Shown here: positions 31,122-42,679 of the stretch, in pieces
How the letters are laid out: each line of letters opens with the position of its first letter
Numbering within the stretch: the first letter of the stretch is position 1
Source: an uncultured Acidobacteriota bacterium
Lineage (GTDB): Bacteria; Acidobacteriota; Vicinamibacteria; Vicinamibacterales; UBA2999
Assembly: GCA_963750995.1 (NCBI GenBank)
Contig: CAVVST010000005.1
Location: 438,199-502,198 of the forward strand
Direction: 5' to 3'
DNA length: 64,000 bases
Made by a program: the position numbers and the translations under genes
Notes under the pieces: generated by a model
The model's database searches: none
What the model saw: the letters and a program-made list of their open reading frames with translations, nothing else
What the model was told of the DNA's origin: nothing

Positions 31122-34100
31122 TCAGAAGTCGTACTTGATCCCCAACTGGATGATGCGCGGCGCTCCTGCCATGCTGGTGATCCGGCCGAACGTGCCTTGG
31201 TTGAAGTTGCTGTTGGGAGTACCCCAGTTGAAGTGATCGAACAGGTTGAAGGACTCGAGGCGCAACTCCACCCGCTGTGTTCCCGACAGCGTAATGAGCC
31301 TCGAGATCGCCAGGTCGACGTTCCAATAGTTGGGTCCGACCCCGGCGTTGCGCTTCAGGTTGCCCAGCGTCCCTGGTGTGGGCTGCGCGAACGCCGCGCG
31401 GTCGAAGTAATTAGTGAGCGTCTTCTCCCCATAGTAGTCGCTGCCGACATCGTCGGGCCGCTGGAACCGCTGGCCGTTGAACGAATCGTCCCTGCCGCTC
31501 TGGATGTCGATGCGGCTGCCGGTCCGCGCGGAGACGATCCCCGACAGGCGCCAGTTCGAGATGACCGTCCGCAGGGCCGCGTTGTCCACCATCGGCGTGA
31601 CGTACCCGAGCGTCAGCGTCGCCAGGTGCTTCCGGTCCTGATCGCAATAGCCGTCATCGAACGACGGGTCGTCCGGATTCAGGTAGCCGGCACTCGCCTG
31701 GTCGAAGCCATTGGGAGTGTCTGTGCCGGTGCAGCGCGACAACGTATAGCTCCCGTTGAGGCTCAGCCCGCTGGACGTCCGACGCCGCGCCGACAGCTTC
31801 AGGCCGTGATATTTCTGGAAGCCGATGTCGACCACCTCGTCGAGGGAACCGATGAACTGGGCCGCCGCCGGGTTCACCTGGTACAACGCGCGACGCTCGT
31901 TCAGGTTCGAGTTGGCCGTGCAGACCCGGTAGGCCACTCCCTGGATCGTGCACGGGCCGAGCCCCATGAAGATGCCGGGATTGAGCTGCTGCTGCGCCCA
32001 CAGACGGTCGGAATAGCTGCCGATGTAGCTCGCCGACACCCCCAGTCCGAGCCCAGCTGCTGCTCGACGGTCGCGTTCCACGACTGGATGCGCGGCGAGT
32101 TGATATCCGGGTCCATCGTCCCGAACGTGCCGAAAGGCGGGAAGTCCGTGTTCGGGCCGGTCACGATCGGGTGGGGATCACCGCCAGGAAAGCCCGCGTA
32201 CGGGTCGTCGAAGAGCCCCACGGGATCGACGATCCTCAACCGATTGCCGAACGGCGGGGCGTTGGCGTGAATGTTGTGGAAATCGCCCGACATGAAGTCA
32301 TACATCATCGCGTACGACGAGCGCACCGCCAGGTGACCGTCGCCGTGCACATCCCACGCAAGGCCCAGGCGAGGGGAGAAATTCCCCCACTGCTTGTTCA
32401 TCCCAGTCTTCCCGTTCTCCGGGAACCCCGGATCGCCGTCCCAGAGGAAGCCGGCCGGGGCCTTGTGGTACACCGTGCTCCTCACGCCATTCAGGAAGTT
32501 CTCCATATCGAAAACGGAGATCACGCCGTTCTGGACGTTCTGGCCGAAAAGCGGCTCCCAGCGCAGGCCGGCATTCACCGTCACGCGGTTCGAGACACGC
32601 CAGGCGTCCTGCGCGTAGAACCCCGCGTACCAGCTGTCCACCGGCAGCTTGCCCAGGCCGCCGTGTTCGACGCTGGTCACGCGGCCCACCAGCAGGTCCG
32701 CGATCGACGAGCCGGTCGCCGACCCGTCGAAGATCCAGTTGCCGCTCGCCCGCGAGGCGGAATTGTAGTCGCCCTCCCAGAACTCCATGTCCGCGCCGAT
32801 GCTGAATTGGTGGTTCCCCCGCACCACCGTGAGGTCATTGGCAAGCTGATAGCTGTGGTTCGAATACAGCGCCTTGGTGGCCGTCCCGGTGTAGAACTCG
32901 AACGCGCCCGAGACGGTCATCGGCATGTAGCCGGGTAAGTAGCTGAACAATTTCACGCCGAGATCCTGCGGGTCGAAGAACTCATTCTGCGAGATCTCGA
33001 CCTTCGTCTTATTGATCCCGACCCGTAGCGCGTTGACGACCGCCGAGTTGAAGACGGTGGTTTCGCCAAAGGCAAACGAGTGAACGCGGTTCTCCCGGCC
33101 TGGTGCGAGGTTGGTCTTCAGCAGGTTGTCGGAGCCGCCGCCGTAGCCCGGCGGGTCCGTGAGCCAGGTCAGCATGTACCGGCCGAAGAACGAGTGGCTG
33201 CTGCTCGGCTGAAAGTCGATCCGAGCGACCGGTAGATACTCGTCGCGGTTCCGCTGGACGTCGAACGTGATCTCGCCGCACGGATCGGTCGAGGTCGGTA
33301 TTCGGCGGGCAAGGTTCAACGCGGCCGGACTGTAGAGTGCCGGATCGACCCGGTTGTTGACGTACGGCGCGCGAAGGTTGAGCTGTCGGCCGCCGTTGCA
33401 GGCCGGAGAGGCGAAGGCGGTAAAATCGCCCGCCAGCATCGCCGCTGTCGGCACATACGCGATGTTGGACGTCGGCCGCACCCGGGTCGCGGTGCCCTGG
33501 TACCCGGCGAAGAAGAAGAGCCTGTCCCTCGCAATCGGCCCGCCGAACGTGCCGCCGAACTGATTGCGCTTCAGCCCGTCGTCGGTTCGCCTGCCGTCGG
33601 GGCCGATCTCCGCAAACACGTCCGTGGAGTTGAGACTATGGTGCCGCATGAACTCAAACCCGTTGCCCGAGAACCGGTTCGTGCCCGACTTCGTCACGGC
33701 ATTGACCGCCGCGCCGGAGTGCACACCATACTCTGCGGCGAGGCCGCTCGTGGCGACGCGGAATTCCTGCAGGGCGTCCGGAAACGGCAGCGGGAGATTT
33801 GCGTTCATTTGCCGGCTGTTGTGGGACGCCCCGTCGAGCGTGTAGCCGACTCCGGCTGGCAAACCGCCAGCCACCGAAACGTACACGCTGCCCACAATAC
33901 CCCGATCGCTCACCTCGCCCGTCTGGACCGCCGCGCCCGACAGCACGAGCAGATCGGTGACCTGCCGGCCCTGGAGCGGCAATTCGAGGATTCGCTCGTT
34001 CTCGACGACGTCGCTGATACCGGCGCTTCGGACGTCGACGAGCGGCGCGGCGGCTTCAACCGTGACCGTCTCCTCGAGCGAGCCGACCGTGAGCGACACA

Positions 34101-34426
34101 TTGATCGTGGGGGAAGCGCCGACTGTGAGCACGAGCCCAGTCTGCACGTAGCTGCGGAATCCCTGCAGCGAGACCTCCAAACGGTATGGCCCGGTCGGCA
34201 GGTTCGAAATCAGGTATGACCCGCTGCCATCGGTTACGACAGTGCGCGTAAGTCCGGTGTCAGCCTGTGTCGCAGTCACCGTCACGCCCGGCAGCACCGC
34301 TCCGCTTGAATCGGTCACCTGGCCATTGAGTTCCGCGGTGGAGAGCTGCGCCCACGCGGCAGACGCAGTCAGCGTGAGCAGAACGAGCAGCCCGATAACA
34401 AGAGAATGTCTCGCAGCACGCGTCAT
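31122..34426 (-). CDS. TonB-dependent receptor (Oar-like subfamily); frameshift near 32045
   Basis: LPLQGR, PFPDALQEF, TKSGTNRFSG, RNQFGGTFGGPI, C-terminus PRIIQLGIKYDF. Confidence 0.9.
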
Positions 34427-34521
34427 CTGTAACCCTCCATCCTGTCCTGGACAGATTTCGAAGACGGTGTGAGTGAACCCACTAGTCAGGGTGCGTATCG
34501 TTCAGCTTTTGATTGGGGCGA

Positions 34522-34550
34522 AACCTATCACGGTTTCGTAGGGGTGTCTA
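34522..34550 (-). promoter_or_regulatory. Possible sigma70 promoter for the receptor-amidase operon
   Basis: Minus strand TAGACA, 17-nt spacer, TAGGTT with a TGn extension. Confidence 0.35.
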
Positions 34551-34854
34551 CTTCGCTTGCGGCTTAGATTTGGTCATTTAGGCGGTTGAGATCGAGGTCG
34601 CCGATTCCGCAGTTCAGCGCTCTGGGGCGTCTGCCGGATATTACGACGGCGAATGTCCCAACGGGTTCACCATCCGTGCACGTAATCGTTGTTTGTGTCG
34701 TCTACGAAAGATCAAGGGAACACGATCGCTCGTCACCTGGCGCCTTTTCGCGAGCCGAAAGCAGCGACTCTCGAACGTCAGGTGCTGATTTCAAAACCGA
34801 TCTGCCGCCATCGATCAACAGGGCCTTCGGCTCCGTATCGCTCCACAGCTTGAT

Positions 34855-34975
34855 GGCCCGATCGAAGGCGACCCACGCCATCACCTTCGAATGCGTGAAG
34901 TGACGACGGGGGCCGCGCACCTCCCGGATTCCCTCGTCGGGCTGACACCACGCGCGCTCGAGAAAGGCGAGCAAC
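34855..34975 (-). pseudogene. Fragment of a GH15 glucoamylase/trehalase gene
   Basis: WCQPDEGIREVRGPRRHFTHSKVMAWVAFDRAIK matches the GH15 PDxGIWE...HSKVM motif; rest of the gene is absent. Confidence 0.75.
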
Positions 34976-35251
34976 GCCATCTCGTGCGCTTCGCGCTGGC
35001 GACGAGTCCCGGCAGCGTCAACGGTGAAATCGCCGGCGGCGTGGTGATGTCGCTGTTGACGCGGCGCGACAGTGCCTGGGCATCGCTGTCACGTCAAACA
35101 TCGCGGACGCGAACACGTCCTGGCTGGCGCTGCGAGTCGGGGACGCGTTCGCGGAACAGTGAGCGGCATCAGATTCGCTCAGCGTCCCCGAGCGAAGGGC
35201 GAGCGACGGCACCCGTCACGGGTGCCGTCCCCTTTGTCTTGTGAGCTCACC

Positions 35252-36480
35252 CTACGTCGTCGATGCCATCCGCTCTCCGTTCTCGTAATTGAGAGCGTTG
35301 AGTTGGGCGGCGGTGAACCCGCAGTCCGGCAGGGCCGTGGTCAGACTGGTGATGTTGCTCCACGGATAATCGCTGCCGAACACCAGCTGCGAGTTCGTCA
35401 CCAGCGTGTTGAGGGCTTGCATGGTGAAGCGGTTGGTACTCGCCGCACAGTCGTAGTAGAACATGCGGGCTTCGCGGAGGCCCTGGTCTCCGTTACGCGC
35501 CCCACGGCCGCCACCCGCTGCTGCTGCACCACGGCCGCCACCTGCCGGTGCTCCGTCACGGCCGCCAGCCGCTGCGGCGCCACGACCGCCACCCGCCGCC
35601 GCGGCGCCACGGCCGCCACCTGCCGCGTCTCCCCTCAGGTTGATAATCCGTCCGGCCAGCGCGGGGAACCCGCCGCCGGCGTGCGAGAAGACCCAACGGA
35701 TGTTGGGGTACTTCGTCGCCACGTTATTGTTGAGCAAGGTCGCGATCGCGACCGCGGTATCGACCCCGTACCACACGTTGGGAGCGTCGACGCCCTCCAC
35801 CAGGTCGAGGCTCCAGTCCGGTTCCGCCGGATGCACGTGGACGATGGCCTTGCGGCGATTCAATTCCTCGTGGATGGGAGCCCACTTGGGGAGGCCGATA
35901 TAGTCGCGCCCACCGACGCTGCCTGGCAGGCAGACACCGACGGGTTTCAGCGATGAGTACACGTGTACTCGATCTCTTTCAAGCAGCCGTCGATGTCGGG
36001 CAGAGGCAGCACCGGGAGGAAGCGAAAGCGCCCTTTTGAATCGGCCGTGATGCGGGCGCCGTACTCGTTCGACTCGCGCGCGTATTTAATGACGGTCTCA
36101 GACTTGCGCGGGTTTTTCCCAGCCACCTCCATCAGCCCTTGCTTCGTGTAGTAGGTCGCGTGCGACTGGTACGCGATGTCGACTCCGGCTTTGTCCATCG
36201 CCTCGATGGCGATCTGCGGCGTCCACAGGCTGTTGGTCACCGGCTCGCGTTCGAACTGAGGCACGCGGACGCCATTGGCGTTCGCGTACTTGACCCACTC
36301 AGGAGACTGAAAGTGATGGTGGAAGTCGATGAATCGCGGTTTGCCGGCCGGAGCCTGCGCTTGCGCGTCGGCTGTCGACACCAAGAGGCCCGCAGTCACC
36401 GCCGTGACGCCGGTCAGAAACTCCCGGCGGTTGGTCGGTGCTCCGAGCGGCGATCCGGGGCCCGTTGATCTGTCAGCCAT
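35252..36480 (-). CDS. Amidohydrolase_2 family protein, Tat signal; frameshifted
   Basis: TNRREFL signal; FIDFHHH, VHVHP, FSHAGG, FYYDCA, FGSDYPW. Confidence 0.85.
35500..35628 (-). repeat. About five copies of a 27-bp in-frame coding repeat (GGGRGAAAA)
   Basis: Translation AAGGGRGAAAAGGGRGAAAAGGRDGAPAGGGRGAAAAGGGRGA, with synonymous divergence between units. Confidence 0.8.
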
Positions 36481-36549
36481 ACTGTCAGCTCCTGTCTCTA
36501 TTGATGAATCCAACCATGTTCGCATTTAACGAGGAGTTGCACATCCGCG

Positions 36550-37776
36550 TCACGCCGGCTCGATCAGGTCACGCTTGAACGACACGCCGAGGCCAGGGCC
36601 CTGAGGCACCGGCAAGTAGCCATCCTTGTCCAGCGCGGGTGCATTCTCGAACACCTGCCAGCCCTCGAAGAGATCGCCGATTGGCGGTTCATGGATGAAC
36701 TCGAGGATCGGACAGTTGGGCGTGGACGCCGCCAGGTGGATGCCGCAGATGTTCACCAGCCGCCGGTCTTGCGGTGCCCCGTGCGGTGAGACCTGTCTGT
36801 TATAGGCGGCCGCGAGCATGCCGACCGTGCGGGACATCTGGACCCCGATACGGGCGATCTCCGGCATCAGGATGTCCCAGACCCCGTGATCCAGCATGTC
36901 CTTGAACTCGTGCAGGCCGCCGAAGTTCCCCTCGCCGCCGGCCATGGGCATTGTGAGGAGACGGTTGAGCTCGGCCAACCGTGCGAGGTCGAAGCGCGGC
37001 AGCGGCTCTTCGAACCAATACACCTTGAGCCGCTGGTACTCCAGCGCCGTGTCGTAGGCGCGTGTGAAGTTCCACAGCGTCGGATTATCGCCCCCCGCGT
37101 CGGCGTTGCCGGGCGCCTTGTTGCCATCGGTCAGGATGTGAAAGTCGTCGCCGACCGCGCGTCGCACCAACTCCACCAGGCGAACGTCGTCTTTCAGGGT
37201 GCCGAACGACGAGCGCAGCTTCATGGCGCGCCACCCCTGCCCCTTGATCCGGGCCGCCATCTCGGCACGTTCTTCGGGGGTGCCGACGCCCCACATCGCG
37301 GCGTAGGGGAGGATGCGGTCCCGGACCGGGCCCCACAGCTTGTAGAGCGGCTGGTTCGCCGCTTTGCCCAGCAGGTCCCAGATGGCAATCTCGATCGCGG
37401 GGCTCACGCCGCGCCCCGGCGTCCCGGTTGGCTTGTTCAGGTCCCAGGGATCCTGGCCGACCAGCGTTTTTTTTGCGCCCGCGACCTCCTGCGGCGGGAT
37501 ACCAGGCCCCAACCCCACCAGGCCCTCGTTCGTATGAATTTCAATGGCGGTGAAGCCGCCGACCTGAATCGGCAGCGGTCCCGTGTCAGCAGGAATCTTG
37601 TCCACCCGTCGTGCGAGGGATCCCTTGTCTGCGATGAGACGAATCTTGATGAGGCGAACGTCAGTGATCTGCAACCGCCCCGCTCGCGCGGCCTGTGCCG
37701 CCAGCGCCGGCGCCGGCAGCATCGAGGCCGCCGCGGTTACAGTCGGCAGGGTCTTGAGAAAGTCTCGTCTCAGCAC
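36550..37776 (-). CDS. Mandelate racemase/muconate lactonizing enzyme family, Tat signal
   Basis: LRRDFLK signal; EIAIWDLLGK, AMKLR, TDGN, WFEEP, GGEG, VSPHG, PQGPGLGV. Confidence 0.88.
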   Translation of the reverse strand: MLRRDFLKTLPTVTAAASMLPAPALAAQAARAGRLQITDVRLIKIRLIADKGSLARRVDKIPADTGPLPIQVGGFTAIEIHTNEGLVGLGPGIPPQEVAGAKKTLVGQDPWDLNKPTGTPGRGVSPAIEIAIWDLLGKAANQPLYKLWGPVRDRILPYAAMWGVGTPEERAEMAARIKGQGWRAMKLRSSFGTLKDDVRLVELVRRAVGDDFHILTDGNKAPGNADAGGDNPTLWNFTRAYDTALEYQRLKVYWFEEPLPRFDLARLAELNRLLTMPMAGGEGNFGGLHEFKDMLDHGVWDILMPEIARIGVQMSRTVGMLAAAYNRQVSPHGAPQDRRLVNICGIHLAASTPNCPILEFIHEPPIGDLFEGWQVFENAPALDKDGYLPVPQGPGLGVSFKRDLIEPA

Positions 37777-37946
37777 GACATTCACCTCTGTGTTGTGAGC
37801 CTCGAGCACGTGGATGCTACTGCAGTCGCCCGGACGCGCTCAAGGCGTATCGATTCAGCGGCCCCTTCCATCAGCTATACTCCCCCCGGCTCTTCGCACC
37901 AGTGGCGATTCCCGGGAAATATCGGGAAGACACGGAGGCGGTGGAC

Positions 37947-39789
37947 GTGGACGATCAGCACAGAAATTCCGTCGATCGACGCAGCTTCCTGAAAGCGGCA
38001 GCCACCGGCGGAGCGGCGTTCGTTGGCGCGCAGGCGGTGGGTGCCGAACCGCCACAGCAGCGTGATACCGCAGGATCACCCCAGGCCGAGGCGCCGGCCG
38101 CCATCGAGATCGTCAACGACGAACGGCCCGGATCGGACTTCATGATGGACGTCTTGACGCCCCTGGGGTTCGAGGTACGTCACGATCAACCCGCACTCGG
38201 ATTCCGGCGGCCTGCAGGAATCGATCATCAATTACACCGGCAACAAGAACCCCGAGCTCATCACCTGTCTCCATGAAGAAATTGCCGTCGCGATCGCGCA
38301 TGGCTACTTCAAGATCGAAGGCAAGCCGCTGGCGGCATTGATGTACAGCTCGGTCGGGTTGCAGCACGCCTCGATGGCCGTCTACAGCGCGTTCTGTGAC
38401 CGGGTGCCGGTCTACCTGCTGCTCGGAAACAGAGTGTGGAATCCTGATTCACGCAGCGCCCGGGATCCGGTCGCGCTGGCGCGCGATTTCACCAAGTGGG
38501 ACGACCAGCCGGTGTCGCTCGAGCAGTTCGCGGCCTCGGCGGTGCGCGCCTATTCCGTTGCGATGACGCCGCCGTTGATGCCCGTCGCGATCACCATCGA
38601 TCAAACGCTGCAGGAGCGACGGATTCCGAAGGGCACCACGCTGCGGGTCCCGAAGTACACGCCAAATGCGGTGCCCGAAGGCGAATCGGGCGCGGTGTCG
38701 GAGGTCGCCCGGCTGCTGGTGAACGCGGAGTTCCCGGTGCTCGCCGTCGAGCGTGCGGCGCGGACCGCCGCGGGGCTGCGCTACATCATCGAGCTCGCCG
38801 AGCTGCTCCAGGCGGCGGTGGTCGACACGATCCAGCGCATGAACTTTCCTTCCCGCCATCCGCTCAGTCAGGACGCCAGCGTCCTGCGCAACGCAGATGT
38901 CGTGCTGGCGCTGGAGCATCCGCTGCTCTCCCGGGACAGTCTCCGGCCGGAAGCCAGGCTGCTCAGCATCAGTTCGTTCGACCTCTTTACCCGGAGCAAC
39001 TACTGGCACTTCGGCGAGTATCAGGAAGCCGACCTTCCGATTGCCGCGGACGCCGAAGCGACGCTGCCGGCGTTGATTGAGGCGGTCAAGCGCCTGATCA
39101 CGCCCGATCGAAAGCGGACGTTCGACGCGCGGCGGGTCAAGCTCGCCGAGGCGCATCAACAGGCCAGGGAGCGGAACCGTGTCCTGGCCGCGCACGGCTG
39201 GGACGCAAGCCCTCTGAGCACGGCGCGGATTGCCGCCGAGCTGTGGGAACAAATCAAGAACAAGGACTGGTCACTGGTCTCGCGCAGCGACGGGATGAGC
39301 GACTGGGCGTGGCGGCTGTGGAACTTCGAGAAGTACTACCACCACATCGGCCAGTCAGGGTCGCTCGGCATTGGCTACAGCAACCCCGCCGCCGTGGGCG
39401 CGGCGCTGGCGAACCGGAAACACGGCCGGCTCTCGATTAATTTGCAGAACGATGGCGACTTCCTGTTCCTGCCCAGCACGTTGTGGACGGCAGCACATCA
39501 TCAGATCCCGATGCTCACCGTCATGCACAACAACCGGATGTACAACCAGGAGGTCATGGTCGTCGCGCGCGTCGCCGCCGAACGCAATCGCGACGTCAGC
39601 CGGTGTCACTTCGGCAACGTGTTCGACAAGCCGTTCGTCGACTACGCGCAGCTGGCGAAAAGCATGGGATGGTACGCCGAGGGGCCCATCGACAATCCAC
39701 GAGACCTCGGTCCCGCGATCCGTCGGGCGCTGGCCGTGGTCGAGCGCGGTCAGCCGGCTTTGCTGGACACCGTGACGCAGCCGAACTAG
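37947..39789 (+). CDS. Thiamine diphosphate-dependent enzyme with Tat signal; frameshift near 38177
   Basis: VDRRSFLK signal; CLHEEIAVAIAHGY (conserved Glu), FTKWD, QNDGDFL...MHNN ThDP motif, PALLDTVTQP. Confidence 0.88.
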
Positions 39790-39809
39790 CTCCGACGCGG
39801 TCTGCTTTT

Positions 39810-40211
39810 ATGTCAGGTCGATCACAAGAGTGGGGCTGGGTCGCCGGTGCGATGCTGGGTGCGCTCGCATTTCCGGCCGTCCTGCTGCACGGCCAGCAGG
39901 CATCGGCCCCGCCGCCCCCCGCAGCGGCCGCAGCCACGCTCGAGAAAGGCAAACAGCATCTCGTGACGTACGCGTGCTACGCCTGCCATGGATATGCCGG
40001 TCAAGGGTCCGACGTCGGGCCTCGTCTCGATATGAACCGCCTGACAGTGCAGGCGTTTACCGGTTACGTTCGCAAGCCGGCCCGCCGCATGCCAGCCTAC
40101 AGGACCGAGCAACAGATTCCGGCCACGGCACTGGCGGAGATCTACGCGTTCCTCAAGTCGCTGCCGCCACCACCGGATCCGAAGACCATTCCCCTTCTGC
40201 GCGCCGACTAG
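39810..40211 (+). CDS. Monoheme cytochrome c
   Basis: Signal peptide, CYACH, distal MPAY, IYAFLKSL. Confidence 0.88.
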   Translation: MSGRSQEWGWVAGAMLGALAFPAVLLHGQQASAPPPPAAAAATLEKGKQHLVTYACYACHGYAGQGSDVGPRLDMNRLTVQAFTGYVRKPARRMPAYRTEQQIPATALAEIYAFLKSLPPPPDPKTIPLLRAD

Positions 40212-40245
40212 GGTTCCGTCCCGCGTCGCGCTAGGATTTCGCCTC

Positions 40246-41739
40246 ATGACAAAGCTTCGCGTCGCGATGTGCTCGGCGGTGCTCGTCCTCTTCGGCGTTC
40301 TCCCCCTTGATGCGCAACGAGGTGGCGCGGCGGAGCCCAGGCCGGAGGTCAAGGAGCGCCGGATCGATCTGGAATCGACCTTCGTGCGCTTTCCTCTCCG
40401 GCCCGGCGACGAGCCCTACGGTCGAATCAATGGCGACCGCGTGAAGCAGTTCGTCAACGAGATCACCGCAATTTCTCGAAAGGATCGTGACCGGGGCCAC
40501 AAGTACTGGGGCCGGATTGCCGGCACCGACGCGGACAAAGAGGTTCACGAACTGGTGGCCGCCAAGTTTCGCGAATGGGGCCTGCAGGATGTCCGTTTCG
40601 AGCCGGTCGCGCTTGGACCGCAGAATGTGCCGGCCGATTGGGAGGTCAGCGCAAGCGGAAGCGGCACGACGCTGACGTTCGCGACCGCCTTTCCGACACA
40701 AGGCGCTGCCGCGACGCCCGCCGCGGGGCTGGACCTCGACCTCGTGTGGGCCGGATACGGCACCGAGCTCGATTTTGCCGGTCGCGATGTCAAAGGGAAG
40801 CTCGTCTTCATTCAGGCCATGCCCTGGCCGAATGGATTTCAGCAGACGGCGCGGTTCTACGGCGCCCTGGAGCGCGCCGTCGCCAAAGGCGCCGCCGCGC
40901 TGCTGATCAATGTGGCCATTCCCGGCAACATCACCCAATCGATCAGCGGACCGGCCGGCACGACGGGGTTTACCGGCTTCTCGATCGGCTCCGAGGATGC
41001 GGCGCGGCTCAAGGCGCTGATGGAGAAAGGCCCGGTGAAAGTTCACGCGCGGTTGAGCACGGAACGGCGCACCGGGCTCATGGACGCGAATGTCTGGGGC
41101 ACGCTGCCCGGCACCACCAACGAAGACATCGTCATCATGGCGCAGCACGATGCGCGGTTCGAGGGCGCGTTCTCGAACGGGTCGGGCGTGGCCACGATGC
41201 TGGGCCTGGCGGAATACTTCGCCAGGATTCCCGCCGCCAGCCGGCGCCGGACGCTTCGATTCGTCTCGACCGCCGCCGGCGGTGCCCAGTTGATGCACCA
41301 GAATCGCGCGACGCTGCTGGCCAATACCGCCCTGATCATCAATTGCCAGCACACCTCGTCGATCCAGTTCATTCAGTACGAACCGCCCGAAGGTACCAGC
41401 TATCCGGAGCAGGGCGGGTTGTACAAGACCCAGGCCGTCAATGCGCGCCAGTTCTGGATCTATGGCAGCGACCGGCTCGCGCGCATCATCTTCGACTCGC
41501 TCGCGCGGTTTGGCGTGGCACTCTGGGATTACGCGATGAACGACGGGTCCGGGCTGGGCGCCGTCGCGCGCGATGCGCCGTCGCTCCAGACGCTGGTGAC
41601 GCCGGTGTATTTCTCATCGGACCACGATCGACCGGAGTTCGTGCCGCCGTCGGGGCTGGAGATGGTTGGACGCGCCTACGCCAGGATCATCGATCAGGTG
41701 AACGAACTGAGCCGGGCCGAGCTCGTGCAGGCGCCGTAG
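40246..41739 (+). CDS. M28 peptidase-like secreted protein with PA domain and degenerate metal site
   Basis: GRIAGT, GRDVKGKLV, NVWGTLPG, IVIMAQHD, GAFSNGSGVA, RRTLRFV. Confidence 0.7.
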   Translation: MTKLRVAMCSAVLVLFGVLPLDAQRGGAAEPRPEVKERRIDLESTFVRFPLRPGDEPYGRINGDRVKQFVNEITAISRKDRDRGHKYWGRIAGTDADKEVHELVAAKFREWGLQDVRFEPVALGPQNVPADWEVSASGSGTTLTFATAFPTQGAAATPAAGLDLDLVWAGYGTELDFAGRDVKGKLVFIQAMPWPNGFQQTARFYGALERAVAKGAAALLINVAIPGNITQSISGPAGTTGFTGFSIGSEDAARLKALMEKGPVKVHARLSTERRTGLMDANVWGTLPGTTNEDIVIMAQHDARFEGAFSNGSGVATMLGLAEYFARIPAASRRRTLRFVSTAAGGAQLMHQNRATLLANTALIINCQHTSSIQFIQYEPPEGTSYPEQGGLYKTQAVNARQFWIYGSDRLARIIFDSLARFGVALWDYAMNDGSGLGAVARDAPSLQTLVTPVYFSSDHDRPEFVPPSGLEMVGRAYARIIDQVNELSRAELVQAP

Positions 41740-41746
41740 GACTCGA

Positions 41747-42679
41747 TCAGAAGGAACCGCCGATGTACGGCAGCATGCGCCCAAAGAAGACCACGCCCGC
41801 CCACAGGGCAATCGTCGACGCCGCAATGGCCTTGGCGGAGATTGGCGCGTCGATGCCGGACCCGGTGATCCACGGGTCTTCGGCCGAGGTGAAGTAAAGG
41901 AGATTCACGCCGGCGAGGAGGAACAGCAGCATCTTCCACTGAAAGGCGATGTTGGTGTCGTACTGTTCGGGAATCGCGATGAAGAACATCATGCCGCTGA
42001 CCAGGTTGACGGCGACTCCCATCAGTCCCCACGGCATCAGCCGGTGCAAATCGGCGAAGGCGACCGACTTCATCACGCCGAGGATGCGAAGGTTGAGCAC
42101 GAGCACGATCCCGAACGAGAGCGCCAGCCCGACGAAATGAACGGCCTCGGCGGCGGGCCAGACCGACGTCGTGTTCAGCACGAGCGACTTCAGTGATGCA
42201 TTCGTCAACCATGCGGTTTCGGTTGGTGCGATGTCCGCGACCGACCGCACTTCCGGATGACGAATCAGGCCGCCGACGTACGCCGCCCGGGCCATGAGGC
42301 CGAACGAGGCTACCGCGAGCAGGGCGACGGCGGCGACGGTGCTCGGCCGGGGTTGGCTCAACCGCCGTGCCTGCCAGAGCGCGAGCCACGCGACGCCGCC
42401 GGCGAGTTCCATGACCACGAACGCCAGCAGCGCCGCGTCGCCATGGATGCGAATGCGAACCGCTGATACGCCCTCGAGGCCCTCTACCAGCCGTCCGGCC
42501 GAGACGCCCGTCAAATAGGCCGGAATCGAGATCAGCGCGACCAGCACGACGATCCGCAGGCTCTGGCGAAGAAGCGGCTGATCTCTGGTGACGAATGCCA
42601 GGAGAAACAGGCCCAGACCCACGCCGAAACCGACGGTCGGCACATGGTTCAGCAGGAGATGCCAGTGCGGGAGGTTCAT
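41747..42679 (-). CDS. His-rich N-terminal domain fused to DUF6644-like domain; paralog of 24978-25889
   Basis: MNLPHWHLLLNHVPTVG, IRIHGDAA, GGLIRHPE, WPAAEAVHFVGL, FQWKM, GRMLPY. Confidence 0.78.
   Translation of the reverse strand: MNLPHWHLLLNHVPTVGFGVGLGLFLLAFVTRDQPLLRQSLRIVVLVALISIPAYLTGVSAGRLVEGLEGVSAVRIRIHGDAALLAFVVMELAGGVAWLALWQARRLSQPRPSTVAAVALLAVASFGLMARAAYVGGLIRHPEVRSVADIAPTETAWLTNASLKSLVLNTTSVWPAAEAVHFVGLALSFGIVLVLNLRILGVMKSVAFADLHRLMPWGLMGVAVNLVSGMMFFIAIPEQYDTNIAFQWKMLLFLLAGVNLLYFTSAEDPWITGSGIDAPISAKAIAASTIALWAGVVFFGRMLPYIGGSF

Noticed and set aside
35500-35628. CRISPR array
   Set aside because: Units are degenerate, contiguous, in-frame coding repeats without unique spacers, and there are no cas genes.
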